A program made the translations under genes and the position numbers. The notes beneath the pieces are model-generated. The model ran no database searches and had not been told where the DNA came from. It worked only from the letters and a program-made list of their open reading frames with translations. This document shows positions 19,925-30,069 of a stretch of 64,000 bases of DNA, in pieces. Source of the DNA: an uncultured Parachlamydiaceae bacterium (GTDB taxonomy: Bacteria > Chlamydiota > Chlamydiia > Chlamydiales > Parachlamydiaceae); the NCBI GenBank assembly GCA_963742415.1, contig CAVULX010000004.1, positions 1,216,001 to 1,280,000 on the forward strand, written 5' to 3'. Position 1 is the stretch's first letter, and the number at the start of each line of letters is the position of its first letter.

Positions 19925-22861
19925 ATGTTTTCTCCTTTTAAAGTGGCGTTTTTATTTGCCATTTTCTGCATTTCAACCTGCGGCTATTGCGCAGATACCC
20001 CCTCCTCTGATTATACAGTCATCCAAAATCAAGCCAAAATCCCCATTCTGACCCCCTCATTAGCGGAAACTGAAACAGTAAAAATCAGACTTAAAAATGG
20101 CCTCGAAGCCTACCTTATCTCCGATCCCCATGCAGATAAATCCTCGGCTGCCCTGACTGTCAAAGTAGGAAGCTGGGATGAACCATCCGAATATCCAGGG
20201 ATCGCCCATTTTTTGGAACACATGCTTTTCTTGGGGACAAAAAAATACCCCTCCGAATCTGAATATTCCCGCTATATCGCAGAGCATGGCGGATCGACAA
20301 ATGCCTTTACGAGCAGTGACTTCACATCCTTTCTCTTCTCCATCGATAATTCAGCTTTTGAAAATGCCCTGGATCGATTTTCTAATTTCTTTAAAGAGCC
20401 CCTTTTCAATCCCTCCGGTGTCGCCCGAGAGCTACAAGCCATAGACCAAGAGTACGCCAAAAATAGAGAAAACGATAATGTCCGAGAGTTATTCGTCTAC
20501 AAAGAACTTGCTTCCCCGGCGCATCCGTTCCACAATTTCAATACAGGGAATAGCACCACCCTTGCTAAAGTGTCTCAAGAGACTTTAAAAGATTGGTATC
20601 ATTCCCACTACAGCGCTCACCTCATGCGGCTTATGGTCATTTCCCCGCTTCCCCTTGAAAAATTGATTGAACTGGTCATAGAAGATTTTAAAGATGTTCC
20701 GACAGTAAGCTACCAACCCTCCTCTCTTGAAATGCCGATTTTTTCTCCCCAATTAAATGGAAAAATGGTTTATGTCGAACCAATCAAAAACATTCGAACC
20801 CTTACCTTAGTGTGGGATTTGCCGCCGCAATTTTCCCATATGGAACAAACTAAACCGGATGCCATCTTATGTTATGTTCTCGGAGATGAAGGGAAAAATA
20901 GCTTATTAGCATTGCTAAAAAAGGAAAACCTGGCAGAAAAACTCAGTTGCAGCAGCGGCAAGTTAGGCCCCAATAATACTCAATTTTTTGTTGAAGTCGT
21001 CCTGACAGATAATGGGATCAAAAATGTCGATAGCGTCATCGAGCGGATTTTCCAAACGATTGCTAACTTCCGGAAAAAAGGGGTTCCACAATACCTGTAT
21101 GATGACCTTAAACGGGTACAGACCTTCCACTATCAATATCAAACGCGAGACGATGCTTTTGACATCATTATGAAGCATGCCTTTTGGCTACCGCATGAAG
21201 AGATGGATACCTATCCTGAGGTAACTCAAGTCATTCAGAAATTTGATCCGCAGGCTGTCATTTCTCTTTTAGATTATTTAACCCCGCAAAACTGCCATTA
21301 CGATCTTTTAGTTCCTTCATCTTTAACGGGAATCAAGCCTGACAAAACTGAGCAATGGAACGGTGTTTCCTATGCCATTGAGCCTATCCCACAAAGTGTG
21401 ATGGAATCATGGGAACACGCTACACCCAATCCAAACATTGATCTCCCCCCTCCTAATCCCTATCTCCCCGAAAGTTTGTCCTTAGTGAATATTCAGCTCA
21501 AAAATCCGGGGGAGCAACCCATAGTTCCTCACCCAGAAACAATCCTTGATGATGAGAGAGGGAAAATCTACTATGCGGTAGACCGTCAATTCCTCACTCC
21601 CCAAATAGGATGGATCATCGAAATTGAAACTCCCCAAATTCAATTAGGGGACGCTGACAAAGTGGTTTGCGGGGATCTAGCTGTCAAGTGCATTACAGAA
21701 GCTTTAAATGCCGAAAGCTATGCGGCTACGATGGCGGGAATCAATTATGAGATTTCACGTGCTGACAACGGTATTAAAATAGAAATCGACGGGTACAGCG
21801 ATAAAGCTTTGCTTTTGCTAAAAACCATTTTAAAGCAGTTCCAAGATTTGCAAACCACGCCTGAACAATTCAAAATCTATAAGGCTTCCCAGTATCGGGA
21901 ATATCAAAATTTTGCGTTTGATCCACCCATCTCGCAAGCTGCGGAAAAAATGAAATCTGTTTTATATAAGAACTTTACAACCGAAGCTCAAAAAACGGTA
22001 GCAATCCGCAAGATTACTTTTGAAAAATTTGACGCCTACCTCAAATCATTGTTTAATAAAGTATACTTTAAAGGGTTATTGTACGGGAACATGACCGAAC
22101 ACCAAGCGAAAGAGATTAGGGATTTACTTGTTAATTCCTTTAAAGGTGCTAGCTATCCCCTAAAAGAACAACTTAAAACTGAAGCCATCATTCTTCCAAA
22201 TAACGCAGGGCCTTTTTACGTCGAAGAAAAAATTAAAGTGGAGGGAAATGCAGCTATCCTCGGCGTCGAATATCCCCTGTTCTCCTTTAAAAATCGGGCT
22301 GCTCAGCAAGTCCTCATGCAAGCCATCTCAGAGCCTTTTTTCGGGGAACTTAGAACCCGCCAGCAAACCGGTTATGTTGTCTATAGTACTGGAGAAGAAG
22401 TTGAACGGCGTCTTTTCAATTTTTTTGCTGTACAATCCAACAGCCACGAAACTCGCGACCTTCTAGCGCGCTTTGAACTTTTCATCGAAAGGTATCTCCA
22501 AGAAATACGCTTTGAACTTCCTGAAGAACGGTTTAATAAGATCAAACAAGCTTTATTCACCTCGCTAAAATCACCGGCCAAGAATATCAAAGCCATGGCT
22601 GAATTGATGAATACATTGGCCTTTAAATACGAAGGAGCCTTCGATTGGATCGATCGACGGATCGCAGGTTTGACAGAGCTGAGTCATGAAGATTGCTTAA
22701 AACTCTCCCAAGAATTCCTTGGACGTCATAATAGAAGGCGGTTTAGCATTCTGATGAATGGTATTTTGCCGGAAAGTGGGGTCAGCCCCTACAGCCGTTT
22801 GGGCAGCTTGCAACAATTGCGTCAACGTAGCACCTACCTTACAGATCAAGAAAACCCTTAA
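19925..22861 (+). CDS. M16 (insulinase/pitrilysin) family metalloprotease, exported
   Basis: Signal peptide; GIAHFLEHMLFLGT (HxxEH), NAFT and ELRTRQQTGYVV motifs. Confidence 0.93.
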   Translation: MFSPFKVAFLFAIFCISTCGYCADTPSSDYTVIQNQAKIPILTPSLAETETVKIRLKNGLEAYLISDPHADKSSAALTVKVGSWDEPSEYPGIAHFLEHMLFLGTKKYPSESEYSRYIAEHGGSTNAFTSSDFTSFLFSIDNSAFENALDRFSNFFKEPLFNPSGVARELQAIDQEYAKNRENDNVRELFVYKELASPAHPFHNFNTGNSTTLAKVSQETLKDWYHSHYSAHLMRLMVISPLPLEKLIELVIEDFKDVPTVSYQPSSLEMPIFSPQLNGKMVYVEPIKNIRTLTLVWDLPPQFSHMEQTKPDAILCYVLGDEGKNSLLALLKKENLAEKLSCSSGKLGPNNTQFFVEVVLTDNGIKNVDSVIERIFQTIANFRKKGVPQYLYDDLKRVQTFHYQYQTRDDAFDIIMKHAFWLPHEEMDTYPEVTQVIQKFDPQAVISLLDYLTPQNCHYDLLVPSSLTGIKPDKTEQWNGVSYAIEPIPQSVMESWEHATPNPNIDLPPPNPYLPESLSLVNIQLKNPGEQPIVPHPETILDDERGKIYYAVDRQFLTPQIGWIIEIETPQIQLGDADKVVCGDLAVKCITEALNAESYAATMAGINYEISRADNGIKIEIDGYSDKALLLLKTILKQFQDLQTTPEQFKIYKASQYREYQNFAFDPPISQAAEKMKSVLYKNFTTEAQKTVAIRKITFEKFDAYLKSLFNKVYFKGLLYGNMTEHQAKEIRDLLVNSFKGASYPLKEQLKTEAIILPNNAGPFYVEEKIKVEGNAAILGVEYPLFSFKNRAAQQVLMQAISEPFFGELRTRQQTGYVVYSTGEEVERRLFNFFAVQSNSHETRDLLARFELFIERYLQEIRFELPEERFNKIKQALFTSLKSPAKNIKAMAELMNTLAFKYEGAFDWIDRRIAGLTELSHEDCLKLSQEFLGRHNRRRFSILMNGILPESGVSPYSRLGSLQQLRQRSTYLTDQENP

Positions 22862-23047
22862 AGGAGAATCTTCTAAAATTTTTCTTTTTTCATAATTTAT
22901 TTTTTCTTTATTTTGTCTTAATCGATGAGGTGCATGAATAACCTTAGTTCGGGTTTATAATGCCCTGCCAAAAGTATAGAGCGTGTTTGCATGAGCTCAC
23001 GCTTTTATACTGAAGATAAAACATAGAACATAAATAAGGATGAACAT

Positions 23048-23806
23048 ATGAAATATTCAAAAAGCCTCTTAGCTAGTGTATGTGCAGTTCTACTTCTTTC
23101 ATCGCCTCTGATCGGTCAAGAACAGCTGTATGAAGAACAAATCGAGATTATCACGCTTGGTCCCGATGGAACAGATGTCGTTATTATTGATGATCAAATT
23201 GTTGTTATAGATGACCAAGTGATCGAAATTATTGAGGAAAGGGAAGACTACGAAGACAATGCTGTCAACGGCTTTAATCCCCGCTACACCTCTCACCCGC
23301 TCTCACGCCACCATGTCGACGCACTCGTTAACTACGGAAGTGAAGTAAAACTCGAAGATGGTTCCCATTGGCTAGTCCGGCCAGAACATCTTAGCCGCAT
23401 AGCAGACTGGAGGCAAGGGCATGTCATCGCGATTACACAAGCAAAGTCCCGCTGGTTTGGAAGCAAAGATGAATACCAAATTGCTTTGTACAACGAAAAC
23501 ACCGATGTTTTTGCAGATGTAAAAATCAACTATCTGCCAGAACAACACAACAAAAATACCCTGAGAATTGCCGACTTTAAAAATATTAATGGCGAGCTAT
23601 GCATGCTTTCAAGCGATGGTTTCTTTTGGCCTTTAAAGGAAAAAAATCGTAAAACATGGGAAAGATGGTTTGCAGGTGATTACATTGTAGTCGGTACAAA
23701 TAATACATGGGCTCCCTGGTGGAATGAACCCAACCTCATTATCAATATGAGCCGCGTTCACAACGGTGCCTGCACTCTCATCCCTGCAAAAACAAAAAAA
23801 TTGTAA
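23048..23806 (+). CDS. Hypothetical exported protein with two internal beta-rich repeats
   Basis: Signal peptide, TAAGGA RBS; LEDGSHW..W.QG and SSDGFFW..WFAGD repeats. Confidence 0.8.
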   Translation: MKYSKSLLASVCAVLLLSSPLIGQEQLYEEQIEIITLGPDGTDVVIIDDQIVVIDDQVIEIIEEREDYEDNAVNGFNPRYTSHPLSRHHVDALVNYGSEVKLEDGSHWLVRPEHLSRIADWRQGHVIAITQAKSRWFGSKDEYQIALYNENTDVFADVKINYLPEQHNKNTLRIADFKNINGELCMLSSDGFFWPLKEKNRKTWERWFAGDYIVVGTNNTWAPWWNEPNLIINMSRVHNGACTLIPAKTKKL

Positions 23807-23833
23807 ACGAAATTAATAATTAGGAGCTAATTT

Positions 23834-24175
23834 ATGTCACACGGAACACCTGGAGCCGGAGGATATGATCCTTCTCGCGTAGTAAATAACAATAGTTTTA
23901 CCCAAGGAACCCCGCAAGGGAATACAACTGGAGGTAACTATTATGGGGATAACTACGCCTCCCCCTCATATAGAACAAATAATGTAGGGCGGGAACATTT
24001 TAATTCGGTGAATGAGTCCGGCGGACCGTCTAATGTGATTAATGAACGTCGTGTAGATAACAACTCATTTACACAAGGCGGAGTCAACCCGATTTTTGGA
24101 AACCAAGGCTCAGGTTCCGGCGGATCTTTATCTGGCCGAGTCAGGCAAGGAAACATCAACCGTTTGAACTTTTAG
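23834..24175 (+). CDS. Small Gly/Asn/Ser-rich disordered protein
   Basis: AGGAG RBS, directly downstream of 23806; internal repeat RV.NN(N)SFTQG twice. Confidence 0.7.
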   Translation: MSHGTPGAGGYDPSRVVNNNSFTQGTPQGNTTGGNYYGDNYASPSYRTNNVGREHFNSVNESGGPSNVINERRVDNNSFTQGGVNPIFGNQGSGSGGSLSGRVRQGNINRLNF

Positions 24176-24203
24176 GGATTTCGGGTAGTGAATGCAACAG
24201 CCC

Positions 24204-24234
24204 AATTTGGAGTGCGGCGGCTTGACGCCGCTTT
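24204..24234. repeat. Short REP-like motif TTTGGAGTGCGGCGGCTTGACGCCGCTTT (family D)
   Basis: Small internal hairpin; inverted relative at 26730-26773. Confidence 0.65.
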
Positions 24235-24262
24235 CCCAGGCATTGCCTTGGCAATGCCTTAA

Positions 24263-24505
24263 GGTTGATGCTGATTTAACATCTATATCTACAACAAAAA
24301 ATTTTATGCCGTCCTTACAGGACTCTGTTTTTCTTTGCATTTTACCCAGGCCTTCGCTTCGCTACGACCTGGGCTATGATATTCCGCGCCTTCGGCGCTA
24401 AAAACGGCCTGAAAGGCCGAAATGTTATAGCCCAGGTCGTAGCGAAGCGAAGGCCTGGGTAAAATGCAAAGAAAAACAGAGTCCTGTAAGGACGGCATAA
24501 AATTC
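24263..24505. repeat. Family A palindromic element, second copy, opposite orientation
   Basis: ~78-bp arms (24300-24377 / 24427-24504), near-identical to 1-320. Confidence 0.9.
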
Positions 24506-24713
24506 TTCTTCCATAGAGGACAGTTTCAGGAAAAAATTTGCAAGCTTTTGAGGCTAAAAGCCATATTCTTTGCAAATTTATTTGGATCAAAAACACATGC
24601 ATACATCATTTTCAATGGGAAATTATTGCGAATTCAGGATCACCTTTAAATTTTCCAAGCCATGGAGCCTGGTCTGATGCCTTTGAAATTGAAATGAACA
24701 GTCTAGCGGCCGT

Positions 24714-26582
24714 TCACTGATTGAAAAAAATACTATCCCATAACGTATTAGAAAATCTATTTCGCATCTCATCCAGGGTATAGCCTCCGGCCTCAGCAAT
24801 GCTTGCCAGTTTTTGCTTGAATTCAGGTATGGCATCAGGATAAGAATCTCTCACAAAGCTTTCTGCATCCGTGTCGATAAATTGCAAACCATGCCATTCT
24901 TTCGCCCAATGTGTGCGTATTGCCAGAGGTTTATTGTCAGAATCTGTATAGGTTACCCAACAGGCAATGATTTTTTCAACAAGGGCCTTCCACTCCTCTT
25001 GAGGGGCTAATAAAGTGGATAGAACTTCTATGGAACAAGTATAAAGATTACCTCTTTGGGCTGCCATCGTAATGTCAGAACCACCCATGATCCGCATTTC
25101 CAGTGTTAGGTTGACCGGCAAGGTTCCTTTTTCTTCCAGGTTTCTATAAATGATGTTAATAGCATCCCACCAGGCTCTCTGGCAAATGGTCCAGTCAGGG
25201 TTTCCATCTTGCTTCAAACATATAGGTATTTCAATTTCTACATCTCTTGCCCGTACATGCCTAATTCCCCGTTGAAAGTGCAATGCCTCCGGCAATGGCA
25301 AGGTGCGTTTTTCTGTAATCAATAGACTCTTTATGACATCATTTGCAACCCTAACAAAAGGTTCTTGATATGGAGGAGAAGGCATTTTATTCCCCTCTTT
25401 ATCGAATAATTCAGCAAAACTGCTCGCGCCAACTTGGAGGGATGATAGTAGATTGGAATAGATTTCTTCCCCTCCATAAACCCAATCGTCCCGATTTTTT
25501 GCGTCGTTTTCAGGCTTGTCCTTTTTCCAAGTATTGATCCAACAATCTTTGGTTAAAATAAACCAAAACCACTCCGCATAATAATCCTGGCAACGCTCAA
25601 AAAAATCCGTGCTGTTTTGTGCGATGATAGAATCGAGAGTGCTTTGATCTGAAACGCCCAGATCTAATTGAAGTTTTAGCGGCATTTGATCTAAACGTGT
25701 TCCCAAAGGGGGTGGAATTGCTTGGGCTAACTTTACTAATTTGGGATCGCTTAAGGCATAACCCATCTTATCCAATTTTAGAGTGATTGAGGTAATAATT
25801 CCCATTAAACCAAAGCTGCCGGCTGCAGCCTGCATAAGATCTGGCTGTAATGTTTTATTAATAACTTGAAGTTCCCCTTTAGCGTTAACAAATTCGATCT
25901 CTTCAACTAAGTCAGACAACGTTTGGTTTTTATAACCAGCACCGTGGCAAATGGAAGAAACTGTCCCACTCAGAGTATTTTCCACTAAAATGACATTCCA
26001 AGGAATCGTCCAGTAGCTATTGGAGAAGGGATCTTGAGTCTTTAAAGAAAATTCACGCAACTCATCGTTTGTGACAGCTCCGCCAACTCTGCAAAAGATT
26101 TTGTCTGGCTCAGTGCAGCCGGGAACAAATTCGATGGTTTTTAATTCTTTTCCAGCACCTGTATGATCTTCTACAGTAGAAGAGGAGGCATCTGAATTTA
26201 CGTACTTTAGTCCAAGCAGCGAAATTAAGATTTGGCCCTCATCTGGATAGACTGGGTTCCAAGTATGGCGATAAGCGCTCACGCGAATTTTAAGGTTATT
26301 TTCCTCTGCGGCAGCCCATTTGACAACATTGCAAATGCCTTCTTTTGTTTGAGGAATAAACACATATTTAGGGCTAAAACTGATATTTTCGCCCCAATTT
26401 TTTAAAGTTCCATCAGTAAGATGTAGTTCACTTTTATGGTAACAGAGAACTTGCTCTCCATTTTTTTCGCTTATGGTTGGCTTGGTTATCTCGACAGCGT
26501 TGTCAGCCAGCCCAATCTGGGAAAAACTTAGAAATAAAAAAAATTGAAATAAGAAGTATTTTTCTAGCTTATTAGTGCTCAT
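24714..26582 (-). CDS. Secreted FAD-linked oxidase (VAO/ALO-like, cholesterol-oxidase-type C-terminal domain)
   Basis: Signal peptide; NWG..ISFSP, R.SAYRHTW, CHGAG, GSFGLMGII, LEMRIMGGS and HWAKEW motifs. Confidence 0.8.
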   Translation of the reverse strand: MSTNKLEKYFLFQFFLFLSFSQIGLADNAVEITKPTISEKNGEQVLCYHKSELHLTDGTLKNWGENISFSPKYVFIPQTKEGICNVVKWAAAEENNLKIRVSAYRHTWNPVYPDEGQILISLLGLKYVNSDASSSTVEDHTGAGKELKTIEFVPGCTEPDKIFCRVGGAVTNDELREFSLKTQDPFSNSYWTIPWNVILVENTLSGTVSSICHGAGYKNQTLSDLVEEIEFVNAKGELQVINKTLQPDLMQAAAGSFGLMGIITSITLKLDKMGYALSDPKLVKLAQAIPPPLGTRLDQMPLKLQLDLGVSDQSTLDSIIAQNSTDFFERCQDYYAEWFWFILTKDCWINTWKKDKPENDAKNRDDWVYGGEEIYSNLLSSLQVGASSFAELFDKEGNKMPSPPYQEPFVRVANDVIKSLLITEKRTLPLPEALHFQRGIRHVRARDVEIEIPICLKQDGNPDWTICQRAWWDAINIIYRNLEEKGTLPVNLTLEMRIMGGSDITMAAQRGNLYTCSIEVLSTLLAPQEEWKALVEKIIACWVTYTDSDNKPLAIRTHWAKEWHGLQFIDTDAESFVRDSYPDAIPEFKQKLASIAEAGGYTLDEMRNRFSNTLWDSIFFNQ

Positions 26583-26729
26583 AAGATCTCTTCGATTGTC
26601 CTTTTTGGTTGCTATTAAGGGTTTTTCATACCTTTCTTGACAATCCTAAGCATTTTTGGAAAATCTGACAATTTTTTCTTTTATTTAAAGCTTTCGTTAA
26701 CTTAGAGCCTCGACAAGTCGATGCTTGTC

Positions 26730-26773
26730 AAAGCGGCGTCAAGCGCATGCGGCAAGCCGCCGCACTCCAAATT
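26730..26773. repeat. Family D REP-like motif, inverted copy
   Basis: AAAGCGGCGTCAAGC...CAAGCCGCCGCACTCCAAATT. Confidence 0.65.
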
Positions 26774-26783
26774 TATCTGGCTG

Positions 26784-28148
26784 TTAGAAGCTGGGAAGAA
26801 ATTGGCAGCCTTCGGCAATTAATTTATCGACATAAGTCAAGTCGTAGTCGCCGGCTAAGAAGTTGCTGTCCTCAAGCATATAAAGATGAAAAGGGATCGT
26901 CGAATGCACGCCCCCAATGTGAAACTCCCTTAATGCCCTTTTTGCAACGGCAATCGCTTCTGCCCGATCTTTCCCTTTCACAATGAGCTTGGCAATCATG
27001 GAATCATAGTTCGGGGGGATCATATAACCGGAATAGCAGGCACTGTCAACGCGCACATGGGGACCGCCAGGGGGAAGATAATACTCTAAGCGCCCAGGCG
27101 ATGGGGAAAAATTGTGCGAGGGATCTTCGGCATTAATACGAAATTGAAAAACATGGCCGTTAAAATTAATATCTTTTTGGCTATAACGCAGCTTTTGACC
27201 TTGTGCAATGCGCAATTGCTCGACCACTAAATCTACCCCTGTCAACTCTTCGGTCACCGTGTGTTCTACTTGTATGCGGGTGTTGACCTCCATGAAGTAA
27301 AAATTGTGGTCCTTATCCAACAAAAATTCCACCGTACCTGCTGAAAAATAATGCGCAGCTTTAACGACATTGACAGCTGCCTGCCCGATTTTTTGACGCA
27401 ATTTGGGTGTTAAAGCCGGGCTCGGAGCCTCCTCGATCAGTTTTTGCCGCCGCCTCTGGATCGTGCAATCCCGCTCCCCTAAATGAATAAAGTTGCCTGC
27501 CTTATCTCCCAATACCTGCACTTCAATGTGTCGGGGATTAAGGATCATTTTTTCCAAATAAACATCGGGATTGCCAAAGTTGACTTCTGCTTCGGCACGA
27601 GCTGCTGCAAATTGTTTGGTAAAGTCCTCGTCATTTTGCGCTATCCGTATTCCTTTACCTCCACCTCCGGCAACCGCTTTAATAAAAATAGGATAACCCA
27701 ATTTTTTGGCTTCATGAAGAGCCTGTTTGATATCTGCCACAATCCCATCGGATCCCGGAATCACGGGGCACCCCGCCCCTTTTGCTGTTGCTTTAGCTTT
27801 CGCCTTGTCGCCTAATAAAGCAATCGCTTTAGGGGATGGCCCGATAAAGTTGAGCCCGCAACTTTCACAGATAGAAGCGAAATTGGAATTTTCACTTAAG
27901 AATCCATAGCCTGGGTGAATCGCATCTGCACCGGTAATCTCACACGCCGACAGGAGATGGGGGATCTTTAGATAGGATTTATTTGAGGGGGGTTCACCAA
28001 TGCAAATGGCTTCATCTGCATGTAAAACATGAAGCGCTTCAGCATCGGCTTGTGAATAGACAGCTACAGTTTGAAGCCCGAGATCGTGGCAAGCACGAAT
28101 GATCCGGACAGCAATTTCTCCACGGTTGGCTATGAGTACTTTTTGCAT
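26784..28148 (-). CDS. accC: Acetyl-CoA carboxylase biotin carboxylase
   Basis: MQKVLIANRGEIAVRI, HPGYGFLSEN, GGGGKG and FMEVNTRIQVEH motifs. Confidence 0.97.
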   Translation of the reverse strand: MQKVLIANRGEIAVRIIRACHDLGLQTVAVYSQADAEALHVLHADEAICIGEPPSNKSYLKIPHLLSACEITGADAIHPGYGFLSENSNFASICESCGLNFIGPSPKAIALLGDKAKAKATAKGAGCPVIPGSDGIVADIKQALHEAKKLGYPIFIKAVAGGGGKGIRIAQNDEDFTKQFAAARAEAEVNFGNPDVYLEKMILNPRHIEVQVLGDKAGNFIHLGERDCTIQRRRQKLIEEAPSPALTPKLRQKIGQAAVNVVKAAHYFSAGTVEFLLDKDHNFYFMEVNTRIQVEHTVTEELTGVDLVVEQLRIAQGQKLRYSQKDINFNGHVFQFRINAEDPSHNFSPSPGRLEYYLPPGGPHVRVDSACYSGYMIPPNYDSMIAKLIVKGKDRAEAIAVAKRALREFHIGGVHSTIPFHLYMLEDSNFLAGDYDLTYVDKLIAEGCQFLPSF

Positions 28149-28158
28149 AATCGATAGC

Positions 28159-28698
28159 TTAAGTGATTCGATATAGTTTTGTTCCAAATTCCACAGGGTG
28201 GCCGCTGTCTACGAGAATTTCTGCTACAGTTCCCGTGACTCCTGCTTTGATTTCATTCATCACCTTCATTGCCTCTACAATACAGACAATGGTATTTTTG
28301 TCGATTTTATCCCCTATCCTCACAAAGGGGGGATCATCCGGGGATGGGGAAGAATAAAAAGTCCCCACCATGGGTGATGTGACATATAAGCTTGAAATTT
28401 TGTCCCCTTTCTCTTGTTCGGCAGTTGCTGAAGAGTTAGGGTCGAGAAAGGGGGTCCCGCTTAAGGAGGCCACAGAATCTTTTGCTTTAGAAAGAGCAAT
28501 CGTGGCCCGCCGTGCTGCTTCACTCTGTTCGGTGATTTCATCGCTTAAATCTAAAGCGAGCGGTTCACGTGTTCCCCGAAAACTGCCGTTTTCAGCCCTT
28601 TCAAGGGAAAGTTCGAACCCATCTTTTTTTAATGAAAGCCGCTTTGTTCCGGTACGGCCCATGGCTGTCATTAATTCTTTGATATGTTTGAGTTCCAT
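28159..28698 (-). CDS. accB: Biotin carboxyl carrier protein
   Basis: SPMVGTFY; EAMKVMNEI biotinylation motif. Confidence 0.97.
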   Translation of the reverse strand: MELKHIKELMTAMGRTGTKRLSLKKDGFELSLERAENGSFRGTREPLALDLSDEITEQSEAARRATIALSKAKDSVASLSGTPFLDPNSSATAEQEKGDKISSLYVTSPMVGTFYSSPSPDDPPFVRIGDKIDKNTIVCIVEAMKVMNEIKAGVTGTVAEILVDSGHPVEFGTKLYRIT

Positions 28699-28707
28699 CT
28701 TCCTCCT

Positions 28708-29262
28708 TTATACCCTCTGGATGTATTCATCTGTCTTGGTATCTACCTTAATAATATCACCTGCATCGACAGATGGAGGCACTTCCACTTTGGCCCCTGT
28801 TTCTAAGAAAGCGATCTTGGAGCCATTGCCTTCAGCTTGGGCGCGCAGCTGCTCAATTTTGATGACCATAATTTCTAGGAACTGGGGAAGTTCAACAGCA
28901 AAGATCGTGTCGCCGTAGAAGGAAGCTTTGATTTCAACGCCTTCTTTAAGATAATTGGCCTTATTTCCAATGACATTTGCAGGAACTAAGACCTGTTCCA
29001 AGTTTCCCACATCTAAGCAAAGGTAATCTTTCCCTTCCATGTAAAGGAACTCGAGCTTCCGTTCTGTTAATGAGACGTCTGTAATGGATTGATTGAGTTT
29101 GAAATTTTTTTCGATCACCTCATTCGTCGTGACATCCCGCAGCTTTGTTTTGATAAAGGGTGTCCCTTTAGGAACCGTCACTTTGACACTTGATTCGACA
29201 CGGTAGAGTTTTCCTGAAAGGGAGAGGGTCATACCGGGTGAAATGTTGTTACTTGTTGCCAT
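28708..29262 (-). CDS. efp: Elongation factor P family protein (atypical loop)
   Basis: EF-P size; EFLY, LETGAKVEVP and GDIIKVDT..EY..R motifs; chlamydial rpe-efp-accB-accC order. Confidence 0.9.
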   Translation of the reverse strand: MATSNNISPGMTLSLSGKLYRVESSVKVTVPKGTPFIKTKLRDVTTNEVIEKNFKLNQSITDVSLTERKLEFLYMEGKDYLCLDVGNLEQVLVPANVIGNKANYLKEGVEIKASFYGDTIFAVELPQFLEIMVIKIEQLRAQAEGNGSKIAFLETGAKVEVPPSVDAGDIIKVDTKTDEYIQRV

Positions 29263-29275
29263 ACAGTTTTTTTAC

Positions 29276-29995
29276 CTATGATGGGTTTTTTCCGCGAAGC
29301 GCGCCAATGGCTTCGGCCATATTTTTTGATTCGAAAACATATGTGCCCGCCACAATGACATTGGCGCCTGCTTCAACGCAGAGCCGGGCTGTTTCCTCAT
29401 TAATTCCCCCATCTACCTCGATTTCAAAAGGGGGAAGATCCTGCTTTTTCTGGTCGGGCTTTGGGGTTACGCCTCCAGCTCGAATGTTCAATTGATTACA
29501 GATATCCCGAGTAAATTTAATTTTTTCTAACACTTCAGGCATGAAGGCTTGTCCCCCAAAGCCTGGATGGACAGTCATGAGCAAGAGCAAATCACATTTA
29601 TCTAAATACTTAGGAATAAAGGACATCGAAGTTTCTGGACAAAAAGCCAAACCGGCTTTAATGTTGCATTTTCTTATATAGTGCAAAACCTCTTCCACGT
29701 CTTCAGTGGCTTCAAAGTGAAAGGTCAGACAGTCTGCCCCTGCTTCCACAAATCGTTCCACATAATCGAAAGGGTTATAGACCATGATGTGGACGTCTAA
29801 AAACATGTCTGTTGCTCGATTTATAGCGGCGACTGCTTGGGGGCCAATGGTCAAATTAGGCACAAAATGTCCATCCATCACGTCGAGATGGAGATAATCT
29901 GCACCAGAATCTTCTATCCGTTTAGCTTCATCAGCCAAATGTCCAAAGTCGCCGGCAAGGATTGATGGTGCCACTTTTATGTTGTGTCGGTTCAA
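29276..29995 (-). CDS. rpe: Ribulose-phosphate 3-epimerase
   Basis: APSIL, HLDVMDGHFVPNLTIG, MTVHPGFGGQ and EVDGGIN motifs. TTG start at 29995 after a GGGAG RBS. Confidence 0.95.
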   Translation of the reverse strand: MNRHNIKVAPSILAGDFGHLADEAKRIEDSGADYLHLDVMDGHFVPNLTIGPQAVAAINRATDMFLDVHIMVYNPFDYVERFVEAGADCLTFHFEATEDVEEVLHYIRKCNIKAGLAFCPETSMSFIPKYLDKCDLLLLMTVHPGFGGQAFMPEVLEKIKFTRDICNQLNIRAGGVTPKPDQKKQDLPPFEIEVDGGINEETARLCVEAGANVIVAGTYVFESKNMAEAIGALRGKNPS

Positions 29996-30069
29996 TGTTT
30001 TGCTCCCGATTCCATTGAATTTAACTCCGATTGTACCCAAAGTGAATATTATGTACAAACGGTATCCGT

